A stretch of 64,000 nucleotides of DNA from Octopus vulgaris (taxonomy: Eukaryota), in the NCBI GenBank assembly GCA_951406725.2, contig OX597814.1:121520001-121584000 (forward strand). Reading direction: 5' to 3'. Numbering within the stretch: the stretch's first letter is position 1; every line of letters begins with the position of its first letter. Shown here in pieces: positions 27,150 to 41,355 of the stretch. A program made the position numbers and the translations under genes. Below the pieces are notes generated by a model. It did not search any database and was not told where the DNA came from. It saw only the letters and a program-made list of their open reading frames with translations.

Positions 27150-27451
27150 GGAGGCACATGGCCTAGTGGTTAGAACAGCGGATTCGCGGTCGAGGGATCG
27201 CGAGTTCGAATCTCAGACCGAGCGATGTGTGTATTTATGAGCAAAAGACCTAAGCTCCACGCGGCTCCGGCAGAAGGTAATGGCGAACTTCTGCTGACTT
27301 TTTCGCCACAGCTTTCTCTCACTCTTTCCTCCTGCATCTCGCAGCTCACCTGCATTGGACCGGCGTCCCGTCCAGGTGGGGGACCTATACGTCAAGAAAC
27401 CGGGAAACCGGCCCTTATGAGCCAGGCATGGCTCGAGAAGGAACAAACAAC
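27150..27451 (+). mobile_element. tRNA-derived SINE family C (MetaSINE-like body)
   Basis: A box TGGCCTAGTGG and B box GTTCGAATC; body TGGACCGGCGTCCCGTCCAG..GAAACCGGGAAACCGGCCC..TGAGCC..GGCTCG. Imperfect TSD ACATAGACAT/ACATAGGCAT. Confidence 0.88.
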
Positions 27452-27489
27452 ATAGGCATTTACGCAATATGTAATTCCCAAATGATTTA

Positions 27490-27900
27490 AATGTCTATCA
27501 GAGTTCAGGCAAATTCTTTCCATCGTTGATATTTACGTGTGGATACTTTGCATTGCACTTCTTGTCAGTCTGAATGCCATGACGCGGATGATTGTGGTCA
27601 AGCCATAGTCGTGTGTCTTGTTTGGTACATATTCATGCCATCCACTATTCATTCTCACGTCTCCCAAAGCATTTCACAGTACACGTTTATACTGACTTAA
27701 TCTCGTTTGTTATTATGTTCAGAGTTGGCAGAACTGGGCAATATCAAATGTGCTTAGGTACGAGTACTTACTGAATCGTCTGCATTTCTGGGAATACATT
27801 ACATTATTTTACTTTTGTAAGTTTTTTAGCTCTCCAGGGATTCTGTGTACTGCTAAAATCATATTCTCCTATTCTATTTTAAACCAAGAAATTTAAGCGA
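27490..27900 (-). mobile_element. Highly decayed R4/Dong-like fragment
   Basis: HI*YCPVL, WHEYVP and IQTDKK..KYPHV occur in the expected order. Confidence 0.5.
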
Positions 27901-28099
27901 CAATTGCCTTTCACTCGGACTTATTTTCTATCTGTCAAGTCTTTCATAATATCGGCTACAAACATACTTTTCTTTCTATTTTTATCTATTTTGTTTAATA
28001 TTTCTTTTCTGCCTCTTTATGATTCTTAGCGTAATCGTAATTTTTTGGTTAGTTTCAAGTTTATACTTGGTTCTTTTTTCGTGCATATATAGGCTAGCA

Positions 28100-28280
28100 A
28101 TTTCTAAGGTGGTAGTTGGTCAGTTACATCGACCCCGGTGCTCAAATGGTACTTATTTCACTGTGCCCGAAAGGATGATAGGCAAAGTCGGTTTCGGCGG
28201 TATTTGAACTCAAAACGTAAAGTAGGAATAAATGCCGCTAAATATTTTGTCCGGCGTGCTAACGATTCTGTCAGCTCAAC
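28100..28280 (-). mobile_element. SINE family A
   Basis: Reverse-complement match to family A (GGCAAAGTCG..TTTGAACTCA..GCTAACGATTCTG). Confidence 0.8.
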
Positions 28281-29833
28281 ATGTTGCCAACAATATTTTA
28301 ATACTGATACGTGCAGGTAATGTTTTAGTAACTGAAATTAAGCCCGACAATGGAGTATTGTACAGCGCACTCGGTTAAACAAATTTACAAACTGTTATGT
28401 GAACCATTTTTATTGCGTTGTACAATGTTTTGACTGTCAACTATTTTTAAAGAAGCTTAAATTAAACGTAGATTACATTCCTATAAACTTAGCATTTGAC
28501 CCGATGAACCAGAGCTAATAATAACTTTCAAAGAGTTCTATATGCAGGAATCCTTCAAATACATGATAATAGGTTAGACATAAACGCTGTGAATGTAATG
28601 TATGCTACCAACAATCATTTAGCCTTTTAAATATGTCATTCATATCATTTGGGAAAAACATGACCCTTACAGATAATTCAACACTAAATACCCTCTAATA
28701 TTAAAAGGGGTAAAAGTATATATACATAATCATAATAGATATCTTACTTAGATATGTAGAATTGTATCTTGGTAGCATTATTAAATCTCTTGTTCAAAAT
28801 TCAAATAAATTTAAACCACGTTGTAGTTTGGAATGAATTTCTACTAAAATGAATTTGGAATGAATTTCCACTGAAAAGCGAAAGGATTTTAAAAAATAGA
28901 GGCCAGCGGAAGAGAGGACAGTATGCACGCATTTTGACTCAAATTGGAGCTAGTAGCTAGATTGTAATGCAGACATGGAATTTCTTTCTAGGAGAAAAGT
29001 GGTTGATCAAGACCTTTCTAGTAAAATCAATTCTATGAAATTTGGCAACAAGAGAACGCAGGTAAACGAGAATGGATTGTGAATATAATATATAATCGAC
29101 ACTGATTTTTTAATAATGGCCACTTTTTGAACTATCTGAATGAGCGGTGCTGTGAGATAGACTATGAAAGAAAGTTCATTTTTCTGGGTGTCTTTTGTTT
29201 GCTGTAATCGTTTGTTTCTGGCATCTATATTCTGAGAGCTCATGCGTATTTCATGTGTGATTGTCTCTCTTTGGGTTCTTTCTTTTATGGCATTTTATGG
29301 GATTTCCTGTGTTGAATTCTGTTATGATACTTTTATTGATTGTGGTGGGTTCTCTAATTATACCTGCAGTGAGCTGATATGCGTATTCCCTGTGTGTTCT
29401 TTATATGATTATATGAATCTTGATGTCGGTTCATTTTCTATACATTTACTAGTTTCATTCCAATTATATCTTTCTCCATTTCTTCGTGTAGTGGATATAT
29501 TGCTGGTGTGTCATATGATTGTGGCATTTCAGCATAGTTTTCACTGATCCTTCGTTCTCTGTTAATCTTGAATATATTTAATACAGAAAATATATGAGCC
29601 CAGCCATTCGAATGAGAATCAATTTAAGAGAGGATACTTTTCCTGAAATGCATGTTGTAATATTTACGCATCGTTACCTCAACAAATTCAGATTATGTTT
29701 ATTATCCAAACCCATTCATTCAATTATTTTTGCTCCCGTTTTAAACATTTATGAACACGATTCATTTCATATTGAATTGTGTTAGTTATATTTCGAGCTC
29801 ATATCGTGCTTCTGTTTCTACATTATTATTATT

Positions 29834-29893
<60 letters not shown>

Positions 29894-29919
29894 CATCATC
29901 ATCATCATCATCATCATTA

Positions 29920-30291
29920 TTGAGAGAGCATTACGTGCTATCAAAGTGAAGCTGGCGTAAAATATACGAAGCCCAGTATACACATCATGACTATCCCTCT
30001 GTTAAATGTACACCTGGCACGTGCATCATAATCATATGTGCGCGACATGGTAATCTCATTTCAAGATAAACAGCGCATGACCTTACAGTTGGTGGCCCAG
30101 TTGGAATTTTTTTCAGGTCGAGTAGCCTTTCCCTCTGAAAACGTCCTTGAATAAGGATGTGGAACAAAACAGCCATGTTTCCAGAGGTGAATTATCCAAC
30201 CCCCAAAGTATTCCACTCAACAGATGGCTATGATTCTCCCCCACTACTACTTCTCGTGATCACAGATGCACATAACTTCAGCCACTAAGGG
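29920..30291. mobile_element. Unclassified ~550 bp element, left part
   Basis: (ATT)n-GAGAGAGCA..ATCAAAGTGA..GAAGCCCAGTATAC; the copy is truncated at a SINE. Confidence 0.8.
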
Positions 30292-30299
30292 TCGTATGT

Positions 30300-30635
30300 G
30301 GCAAATTATTTAGCTGCATTTCATTCGTCTTTACGTTCTGAGTTCAAATTCCACCGAGGTCGACTTAGCTTTTGATCCTTCGGGATCGATAAGAAAAGTA
30401 CCAGTTACGCATAGGGTTCGATGTAATCAAGCAGCCCACCCCTCAAAAAAATTTCAGCCTTGTACTTAAGGTAGAAGGGATTTTTGTTATTCTTAACTTC
30501 ATCATCATAATCATCGTCATTCTTAAAACGCGGAGCTACCAGAATCGTATACGGCATTTCATTCGTCCTTACGTCCTAGGGTCAATAACTGACACTGAAG
30601 GAGTGTGGTCGATGTAATCGACTTGTACCCCTAAA
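30300..30635 (+). mobile_element. SINE family A, one copy plus a fragment
   Basis: TTACGTTCTGAGTTCAAATTCCACCGAGGTCGAC..GATGTAATC. Confidence 0.75.
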
Positions 30636-32390
30636 ATTATTGTTATTATTATTTATTACTACTACTACTACTACTACTACTATCAGTATTATCATCATCA
30701 ACATCATCAGCTTTCGGAAGCTTGTTTTTGAGAATTCAGTACAGGCAGACAATGCAGAGTGAGCACAATCCGGAAATTAATTTTTATGTGACCAACAAGT
30801 AGAGGGATTCTGCGGTAAAGAAAGACGCGTCCTTAGGTATAAGACGTTGAAACGATCATTATAATCCCTCCAGCTTATTTTAACATCTCGAGAAAGTCAT
30901 TGCCTTGATCGATCTGAGAGGTGTAATATGTGTCATAACGCATCGAAAACAATTGGGTTGGAGAAATAGAACATGGAAAAAATTATATCCTACAATGAAT
31001 AGACACATTTTTTTCAATTCCAGGCAAAATGAAAGTCGTCATTGTCCCCATTGAGACTTCATAGAAAAAATTCCTACCTGCACTCAAATTACAGTCATGT
31101 ACCCATTGCAAATACATGCCGCTTCTTTTATATTTTAATCCTTCCTTTCAAACACTCCTATCGCGAAGTAGTAGGAGGAGGACGAGGAGGAGGAGAAGGA
31201 GGAAGAAGAGGAGGATAGGCGGGGAGTAAGTGCAACAGGAAGAGGAAGAATAACAAGCATTTTTAGTTGTAATCTTAAGGCAATCAATAGCAGCACTTTT
31301 AGTGCAAAGGACAAAATGCTTTGTGCTGTTTGCCCTTGTCACCGAATGATCTGTAAGAAGTTAACTTTTTACATCTTGAAAAATCTTGAAAAATCTGTAT
31401 TAAAGAGAAACGTTATAATATAATTTATAAATAATTTTGATTCAATATTTTGCTAAAAGTATTCCCATTATTGTGATATATATTTTTTTTTTTTCTTCTT
31501 TTCTACGCGATTAGAAATTCAGATTAGAAATTCAGATTTATATTATAACTGCTAAAATTTAATATATATCTGCATTGATTAATAAGTAATTTTAAACTAA
31601 CATTTTCACTATCTTATAAACGTTCCCAATTCTCTATCCCAATAAGAAATATAAATATGAAACCAGTAATAATTCTAAAATATAGATTTTAAATTAAAGA
31701 AAATGGAAAGAAACTGCTAAATATTCTCACTAGAATGCGCTTTTTATTACGAGTCACTGAAATGTATACAAACCCGTTGAGAGAATACAAATGACGAAAG
31801 AAGAAATTATAACTCGAAGAAACGCTAATTTATTGGGTTAGAAAATATCAGTGATTGGTAAGTATACTGTCATTATTGGTAAAATCTAATTCCAATAACG
31901 CAGGGGAAATCAACATTTAAGTCACTGTCATTATATCTAAAACACAAAAATATGGTAGACTGTCGATAACACATTTCGTACTGATAACTTTCTCAAACGT
32001 GTTTGCTGTAGTAAAGTGAAGTTTGAAAGATAATTAAGGGCTGTGAATGTAGAAGGTTATGAAATAAAATCAGAACCTCATATTCCTATTTAGCAACCAG
32101 GTTAATACGTTCCATCAGTATCCGAGGGTCTTTTACGAAAAGAGTTAAATCATTTGTTTATGCCATTTCCATGCGATGTTTCCTTTTTGGATGGTTTTAC
32201 AACATTTCATAGATGGGCTTTTACGTACCATATTTTCTCATGAAATTGAAAGCTAGTCGAAATGTAACTGTATTGCATGTTATACAAAATCATTGATAAC
32301 TAGATGTTAAGGAAATTGTATCTATACACGTATGAATGTATATGTGTCTCTATATATGAATATAAACATAGATATATGCATGTGAAGAAA

Positions 32391-32445
<55 letters not shown>

Positions 32446-32446
32446 C

Positions 32447-32585
32447 TCTCTCTTTTACTTGTTTCCGTCTTCCAAATACACTCACAAGGTTTTGCTCGGC
32501 CCGGGGCTGTAGTAGAAGACACTTGCTCAAGGTGCCACACTGTTGGACTGAACCCGGAACCATGTGTTCCGGGTTCAGCCACTCA
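32447..32585 (-). mobile_element. SINE family B, internally deleted
   Basis: The head (AGTAGAAGACACTTGCTCAAGGTGCCAC..GGACTGAACCC) is fused directly to the tail CTCTTTTACTTGTTTC. Confidence 0.8.
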
Positions 32586-32599
32586 TATATATATATACA

Positions 32600-32656
<57 letters not shown>

Positions 32657-32976
32657 TATACACATACATGTGTGTATGTGTCCGTAGCGTAAACGTCAAA
32701 TGTAACTACACTAAGAACCATTACATAAGAAGTGTCTATCATGGGATTATTTTTAAATAACCAGTTATTTCGTGCTGAAGCGTCCAGAAATTTGTCGAAA
32801 TAGTGATATTCACAGCTACCAGTGGCTTTATCTCATAAAAAGGAAAAGAATTATATGGTAATATATCTGCTCTTTCACTCTTTGATAGTGGTTTTTCAAC
32901 ATAAAAAAGATAAACATAGAAACGATTTTCTCCCCTCAAGTAGCGATCCCAGTACTTCTACCATGTATATGTTTGG

Positions 32977-33010
<34 letters not shown>

Positions 33011-33133
33011 TACTGAGTTATTGAAAATTTGAAACGAAAAAATTAAGAAATTAAATATTGAAACACCCTAATGGCTTTTGGCTAACCCTATACCTATGAG
33101 TGCCTGTGAATGTACACACATGCATGTATGTAC

Positions 33134-33164
<31 letters not shown>

Positions 33165-33531
33165 TGTATGTATGTATGTATGTATGTATGTATCTATGTA
33201 TCTATGTATATGCGTCTTGTCATATCACGGTGAGCATTGTACAATATGATATAAATTATTAGTTGCAGCTTCCATGTAGCAAGCGCCAAAGTTAACTCTT
33301 AACAAATCATTTATCAGTTGATATGTTTTTGAAGTGTTGTTAACAAGTGCAATTCTCAAACTCGGGAGGGCTTTCAGACTGGTGTTAATTCCAGTGAGTG
33401 TCACGTGGCAATGAGAATGTGTTTTCAAATATGATTTCAAGATTAGCATCCTTTTGTGAAATAATTTTGGTAGACTGAATATGTACGAAAACTTAATTGT
33501 TGTTTTATATACTCACATATACACATATATT

Positions 33532-33748
33532 CTTTTACTTTTATTCTTTTATTTGTTTCAGACATTTGACTGCGGCCATCCTGGGGCACCGCTTTTTAGT
33601 CGAACAAATCAACCCCAGGACTTATTAACTGTAAGCCTAGTACTTATTCTATCGGTCTCTTTTGCCGAACCGCTAAGTTACGGGTATGTAAGCACACTAA
33701 TATTGGTTGTGAAACAATGTCGGTGGGGACAAACAAAGACACACAAAC

Positions 33749-33832
<84 letters not shown>

Positions 33833-33845
33833 GTATGTATGTATG

Positions 33846-33899
<54 letters not shown>

Positions 33900-34095
33900 T
33901 ATATATATGTCTATAGAAAGGGAGAGAGAGACGAAAGGCCTCTTTTAGTTTCCATCTACCAAATCCACGTACAAGGCTTTGGTCGGCTCGAGACTATAGT
34001 AGAAGATACTTGCCGAAGGTGCCACGCAGTTGGACTGAATCCCGAATCATGTGGCTGGTAAGCAAGTTACTTACCACACAGCCTCTCCTGCGCCT
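33532..34095 (-). mobile_element. SINE family B
   Basis: Full reverse-complement match with an expanded internal (CA)/(TA) tract. Confidence 0.88.
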
Positions 34096-34888
34096 GTATA
34101 GAGACTGGAAATTTCTTTTGCTTTATGTACAATGATCATGCTTTTTCCACAATGTTCATAAATGTGAACAAATAATTCCCTCGTGGATAAAAAAATATTG
34201 AGTTTCTTTTAATTCAAGTTATGTATAATTCTTTAAACTTATTTCACTCGCGCACTGATTTTATAATTTAGAGATTATTCGTAAAACTATATTAGCTTTC
34301 AGATTATCCTTTATAAATTGTGTTCCGAAAAATATTATACATATATACATACCCTCATACAACCACACAACGTATAAACACACATACACATACGCACACA
34401 TACCCACACACATATATATATACGCACACATACATACACGTATACGTATGTGCGCGTGTGTGTGTATGTATATTAGTCATGAGTGTGACTTATAAAATGT
34501 ATCCGATAGTGGAGCCAAGGCTCGAGATTCCCAGGCTTTTGTGTGTAAAACCAGCACCTAGCCACTATCTTTTCCAAGTCGACTTTAATCCAGAGAAGTA
34601 GCACCTGTCAGAATCCTAGTTCTGAGTTGATTAGCGTGTCACAGAATTACCTTCAATTGTTACATACAAATCTTAGATCCTAATAACTAGGTACACACCG
34701 TGTCCACTATAGTAATAATATTAATCTGCATATATAAATATAAACAAGTGACTAAAAAATGGTGAGCTAATCTCAGGCAGAATCGAACTCGCAAATCGAC
34801 GCTTTCATGGCTCCTTGCGAATCTGATTGGTCAAACGCTCACCTATCATTTCAGTGAAACTTATTTAATATATACTTAAACAGTTTTG

Positions 34889-35065
34889 ATACTATATAAA
34901 TAATATTTTTATAAATAAACGCGAAAGTCTTTGCGAGTTACGGAGAGAAAGCTACTATGGAAGATTCACAGTATAATAATTGTATGCAATATATATCATA
35001 ATCATATGTATTCTCCGTAACTCGCAAAGTCTTTCGGATTGGTTTATAAAAATGTTATTTGTGTA

Positions 35066-35068
<3 letters not shown>
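34889..35068. repeat. Imperfect inverted repeat (~60 bp arms, ~63 bp spacer)
   Basis: CGAAAGTCTTTGCGAGTTACGGAGA pairs with TCTCCGTAACTCGCAAAGTCTTTCG and extends outward through AT-rich arms. Confidence 0.9.
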
Positions 35069-35110
<42 letters not shown>

Positions 35111-35537
35111 AGAGAGAGAGAGAGAGAGAAGAAAGAGGGAAGGGAAGATTACTCATTTAAAGGTACATTAAACCGTCTTCAGCTACCCAAAATGCGATGT
35201 TCAAATATATTACAAACTGTAGCAGCCGATGAAAAACTATTCTAAACATGATACAGAATACAGTACTAGGTTTGGTGTTGGCTAACTTGAATCCGATATA
35301 TAATGCGCAGAGGTTAATTACAGTAACTAACACTGAATCTACTCCTTAACAATTGAATATTATAATATTATAATAGAAGTAAAATTGTTTAGAGTAAGGC
35401 ATCAGAAGATAAATATTTCTGATGCTGAGATACATATATTCAAAAGAGTACTGGTGGAATTGCCATGTACGTGAAGATGTCACACTGCAATGCTACTTGT
35501 CACGCTTGCTTACTGTATATGAATCAAGCTTTTATGA

Positions 35538-36006
<469 letters not shown>

Positions 36007-37324
36007 GACGTCTATCGTTATATATATATATAATATGCATTTGGTACCTTAAATGAAGTTTGCGAATGTAAAGTGGTCAGAAAGTAAACTGCTCTCTGGC
36101 ATCTCACATCTCATTTTCCTGGCCCCAAGAAAAGAATGCCAAGCTATGAAGCAGTGATTTGTGTTTAACATCGTTGATTATTTCCCCTATAAATTAAACA
36201 ACTACATGACAAAAACCCCCAAACATGTTATTGTTTCTGTTTACACAAAACCTTTATTCATGAAATATATGAATTGTCTAGTACAAAGTTACTGAAACCT
36301 GTTATTTACAGGTCAATATGAAACAACGCTCAAGAAGTCGCGTTTTTAATTAAATATATCGTTTACAGAAGTGGCCATTACAAATCAAGTTAATCCCCTT
36401 AATCTCTATAAATCTATGATTTATGGATTGCAGAAATTAAATTCCAATATATGAAGTGATTACGCCTCTAATACCATTAACATATGTTACAAAATCTAAC
36501 CAACCTAAGCTAGCTTTTTTTCCTTCTCTTTCAGATTAGGTAACGGTCATATAATATAGAACGTCGTCGACATATACATCAGTATCATGTGTTAATAAAT
36601 GTGTATAAACACACGGAAATCCTGGTTTATGCCTATGATGTTATTCGATCGATCAGATACTAGAAGAGTTTTTAAAATTCACAGTAAAATTAGTCATACC
36701 TAATTCCACTAGTTTTCATAGCCGATTAGTTTTCTTTTTTTCTCTCTTTCTTTACAAATATCTAGCTTGCAAGTATTTATATTTTAATAACACATTTACT
36801 TTGCACGTATGTAATCCTTTATGAACTAAATTATTTCTTCATGAAATTATATATTCTACCAATAATAGGAATTGCTTTCGGCACTTACAATATTGGTTAA
36901 AGTCTAAAATATAATTTTAATTACAGTTGCCTTCAGATATTTAGCAGTTCTAGAAAAGTAAAATTATAATTACTTTTTTATAAACTTTAGCAAAATATGA
37001 ATTTATTGCGTAGTAACAGTGCTGTGATTTGCGGGCAGCAGACGTAGACGAGAAAATATAAATATGATTTAGCAAATAGAAGTTAAATGGGAAATATACA
37101 AATTGGAGAGTTTAAATTAACGCAGACACTTGGAATACAAGAGAAAAAAACCGTCGTGCTCCGATAAGTGTAGAGCTAGACATATTCCGTTAGTACCAAT
37201 GGTGACTGGCGGTGCTAGAGAAAATAACTCTGCTGGAAGGTGTCGGTGTCGTTGAGATCGACAGTCGGCTGGTAGTAAAAGTCAAGTTTGGCGTATTATA
37301 TATGAATATATATGCACGTATAAA

Positions 37325-37510
37325 GCGATGAGCGCACAGAATCGCTAGCATACCATGCTTAGGGACATTATGTCTGACTTTACATTCAGAGTACAAATTC
37401 CGCCGAAGTCGACTTTGCCTTTTATCGTTTCAGGGTCAATAATCTGTGTTAATGCAATCGATTTACCCCATTCCTGAAATTGCTGGCATTGTGACAAAAT
37501 TTAAAACCAA
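37325..37510 (+). mobile_element. SINE family A
   Basis: CAGAATCGCTAGCA..AAATTCCGCCGAAGTCGACTTTGCCTTT; directly followed by a family B copy. Confidence 0.8.
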
Positions 37511-37513
37511 TAT

Positions 37514-37732
37514 AGGCACATGAGTGGCTGTGTGGTAAGTAACTTGCTTACCAACCACATAGTTCTGGGTTCAGTCCCACTACATGGCACCTTGGGCAAG
37601 TGTCTTCTACTATAGCCTCGGGCGGACCAAAGCCTTGTGAATGGATTTGGTAGACGGAAACTGAAAGAAGCCCGTCGTATATATGTATATGTATGTATGT
37701 ATATATATATATATATATGCGTGTGTGTGTGT

Positions 37733-37773
<41 letters not shown>

Positions 37774-37990
37774 TGAGTGTCTGTGTTTGTCCCCACCAAC
37801 ATCGCTTGACAACCGATGTTGGTGTGTTTACGTCCCCATAACTTAGCGGCTCGGCAAAAGAGACCGATAGAATAAGTACTAGGCTTCCAAAGAATAATTC
37901 CTGGGGTCGATTTCCTCGACTAAAGGCGGTGCTTCAGCATCGCAGCAGTCGAATGACTGAAACAAGTAAATGGGTAAAGAGTAAAAGAGT
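37514..37990 (+). mobile_element. tRNA-derived SINE family B with internal microsatellite
   Basis: A-box-like TGGCTGTGTGG, B-box-like GGTTCAGTCC, CORE-like CACCTTGGGCAAGT, an internal (AT)/(GT) tract and a GTAAAAGA-type tail. Confidence 0.88.
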
Positions 37991-38918
37991 AATATATATG
38001 TGCGCATGTGTGTGTATATGTGCATATGTATGTCTGGACATGAATAACTGTATACAGGTTTGACCAAAAGTCACCTGACATTAAATCAAAACCATTTAGT
38101 TCCAAATTTACGTTTAACAATGAATGAGACTTCGCTTATAAATGGACAAATATTGAAAGAAAAAAACGGTGATTTTAACTCACAGCATTCAATTATTAAA
38201 CATTCATAATTGGAATGAATAAATAAAATTGAATATTTAATATGTATGGAATTTTGATTTACTGTTTTTTTACTTTTGGTCAACTATGTATATATGCGTG
38301 TGTGTGTGTGTGTATCTTGATTCTTACTATCTTTTCGTAGTTTTGCAACTATTTTAAAATAATTAAATTCCAGATGCACTAATCAAATCTTACATTCCCT
38401 TGCAGATACTGGGCCGAATATCACATTTAAAATAATATACGCCAAACCTTCAGTTTGGCATATGTTATTTACCCCAAGTGAAATGAAAAGTCTTAAACTA
38501 GGAATTACTAATCAAAAAAGTTGATCTGAGAAAACTTATTACTCTTTTACTGTTCAATTTTTTTTTAGAATGCGTATCAATTGCTTCTGTATATTAGATT
38601 GGTCTTTAAATTTCTTAGAAATGATCATAAAATTTAATTTAATTCCAAGGCAGGATAAGAAAAAAAGATTACTAACATCAGTGACACTCACTCCAAGATT
38701 AAAAAAACACTTTCAAAAGAGTTATTCATTAAAGTAAATAGTTGGGCAATTCTCTAGATTTTATGTCAGAAAATAGAGATTGTTTAACATATGGACTTCA
38801 CAGCACAACTGCATGGGCCCAGAATCAGTAGTTTTTGCAGCAGGATGGGCAAATATCTTAACATCTTCCAGCATATATTGGGGTTGATTTGTCAGTGAAA
38901 ATTAGTAGACGTGGAACA

Positions 38919-38957
<39 letters not shown>

Positions 38958-38960
<3 letters not shown>

Positions 38961-39161
38961 GATGTTCCTGGTTTTAAGGGTATCGCGGAAGACTTGGTTG
39001 GAGGTGCAACTGTTCTTTTATAGAGCTTAGAAAAGCTGAAGGACCGCTACAATAAGTGTTTGAACGCGTAAAAGGAAAATGTTGAAAAAATCATAATTAA
39101 CTGATCGGTCTGTATTTTCTGTTAACTTAACCCAGGAACTTCTCTACACCAACACCTCGTA
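38958..39161 (+). mobile_element. Mariner-derived MITE / internally deleted mariner
   Basis: TA-flanked imperfect TIRs (TACGA..GTTCCTGG / CCAGGAAC..CCTCGTA). Internal LEKLKDRYNKCLNA*KENVE resembles the mariner C-terminal KL..RW.KC...G.YVE. Confidence 0.7.
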
Positions 39162-39196
39162 TGTGTGTGTATCTATCTATTCTATATATCTATCTG

Positions 39197-39310
<114 letters not shown>

Positions 39311-39383
39311 GTATATATATATATATATATATATATAGATACAAGTGAATATATTATATATATATATATATAGATACAAGTGA

Positions 39384-39433
<50 letters not shown>

Positions 39434-40774
39434 CTTGTATCTATGTATGTGGGCTTGTGTGTACATACGTATAAATATAAGATAACAGAACAAATACTTG
39501 AGTGCATTATGTATCTTTTGAACTATTACATGAAAGAATCTCTAACTATAAACCATTTTCATTTATGAGTGTTTTGCATTAAAAGTTAATCCACTGGTGT
39601 TAAGTCCTCTCATATTTATATATACACCCAAACACATAAATTCGCTCATATACAATCATACACGTACCCAAAAGTATAGTTCACATTTATACATAACACA
39701 AATCAGAAATGTTCGTAGCATATATATAACACACAATAACTCGCACTATGAGATACTTAATATTTAAGTTGATATAGTTAGTTCTCAAATAATAATAAAC
39801 GTACAGCCGTATATCTTAATGATATTTGAATAGTACACGCATTGAAGTCGCCACTTTGTATCGTATTCTACTGACAAGGCTGACGCATAATAATACACGT
39901 AAATCAAATACCTTCAATAGGTGTGTCACGCAAATTTTGTATAAATGCATGAAAGACCCGTAGCCAAATTTTATGTTATGTATGGTATTTACGCTGTTTC
40001 TCTCCCTTTTTTTATAACAGGATTTTCAAGAAATGTTTGAATTATTAAGTGCTGGAATTAAAATCTCTTATATCGCCCAAGTTACAGAATTTTCTTAGTT
40101 AAAAGTTCAACAGTTTTAAAATTTGTCTCAAGATTCTGTGAATCATAAATCAAAGTCGTTTAATATTACAGAGGAGATAACGTCATCTATAGCCATTTCA
40201 TGTGTGAGGATTTGATGTTCGTCTTTAAATTTATGGCTATTGTTTTATAAAATTGTACCTTTAAGAAGTAATTAATCATCTGTCTGTGGTATTTTTTAAC
40301 CTCGAGTTAGTACTAATTCTGCAGAATTTTGACGAAAGGATTTCCGGTTTATAATATAACTAAAACTAAGTCATATCTCAAATTAATCAAAATTGCTTAT
40401 GATTTGAGTGTATTTGGTTGTGACCAATTACGGGAACCCGTACGTTAATGGGGTTCCTTTTAAAATCAATGTTGCAAAGTTTATATAATATTTATGAATC
40501 CATTTTATTTATTACACCACAAGCATCCAGGGATACAAATACAAACTTAATTTCTAAGTTAGATTATTAACATATCTACGACAAAATTATAAATCTTGCA
40601 TCATATGTTTTTCCTCCATACACATCCAAGGGTTCTGAGGTATTCTAATACCAGTAATTAAGGAGGGTATAGTGGGATCCATCGATAAAAAGCAAGAAAA
40701 ATATTGGTATCGTTTAATCTATATAAAATATATTTTCAAAACGGATTATTCTATGATTAAGAACTTCACTCCTT

Positions 40775-41205
40775 AACCCTGTAGTTACGGCTGCTGTCCC
40801 AAGGTGTATCACAATGGAAAGAGTACTTTCTGCTATAGTCCCTGGACAGTTAATTTACTAGAGTTAAATAACTCAGAAGCTTGTTTTATATATATAATAT
40901 ATAAACATATATATATATATAATCTAGGCTTTTCCCATCAACTTGTATATGAGTGTCAGGAAATATGTGTATGTGTGTGTTTATGTGCGTGTGCGCGAGT
41001 GTATATTTGTATAGATGGGTATGTTTGTATTTGTATCTCATGTATTGACAACTGGTGTACTCTGGTTTACATTCCCTGCAACCTTGTGTTTCGGCAAAAA
41101 GGGATTGGACAGATTAAGTATCAGATTTTAAATAATTATCGGGATTGGTAATATGTGTCCCAGCATGGTCTTAGTTAAATGATTGAAGCAAGTAATAAAA
41201 ATGAA
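40775..41205 (+). mobile_element. Old, decayed SINE family B-like copy
   Basis: TTGACAACTGGTGT..TTCGGCAAAA..CCCAGCATGGTC..AATGATTGAAGCAAGTAA. Confidence 0.55.
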
Positions 41206-41355
41206 AATGCTGAAACCTTTATTAATTTTTGTTGTGTGAAATTACCAAATATCGAATACCTGTATATATACTTTCGGCATTACTAAATGTCGAAATGTTT
41301 AAAGACTTATCATTGGGAAATGTTTAATTTAGTGCAATTATTCCTTTTTCTGTGT

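Noticed and set aside
27150-27222. tRNA-Arg-like sequence with A and B boxes (also at 35700 and 41356)
   Set aside because: The acceptor stem does not close, and the sequence continues into a SINE body with TSDs.
28827-28876. Short tandem duplications (also at 31374, 31510 and 60908)
   Set aside because: Ordinary slippage products with no sign of function.
30720-30960. ERCNMCHNASKTI, a possible Dong knuckle remnant
   Set aside because: Too degraded, and the motif order is inconsistent, so it is not listed as a feature.
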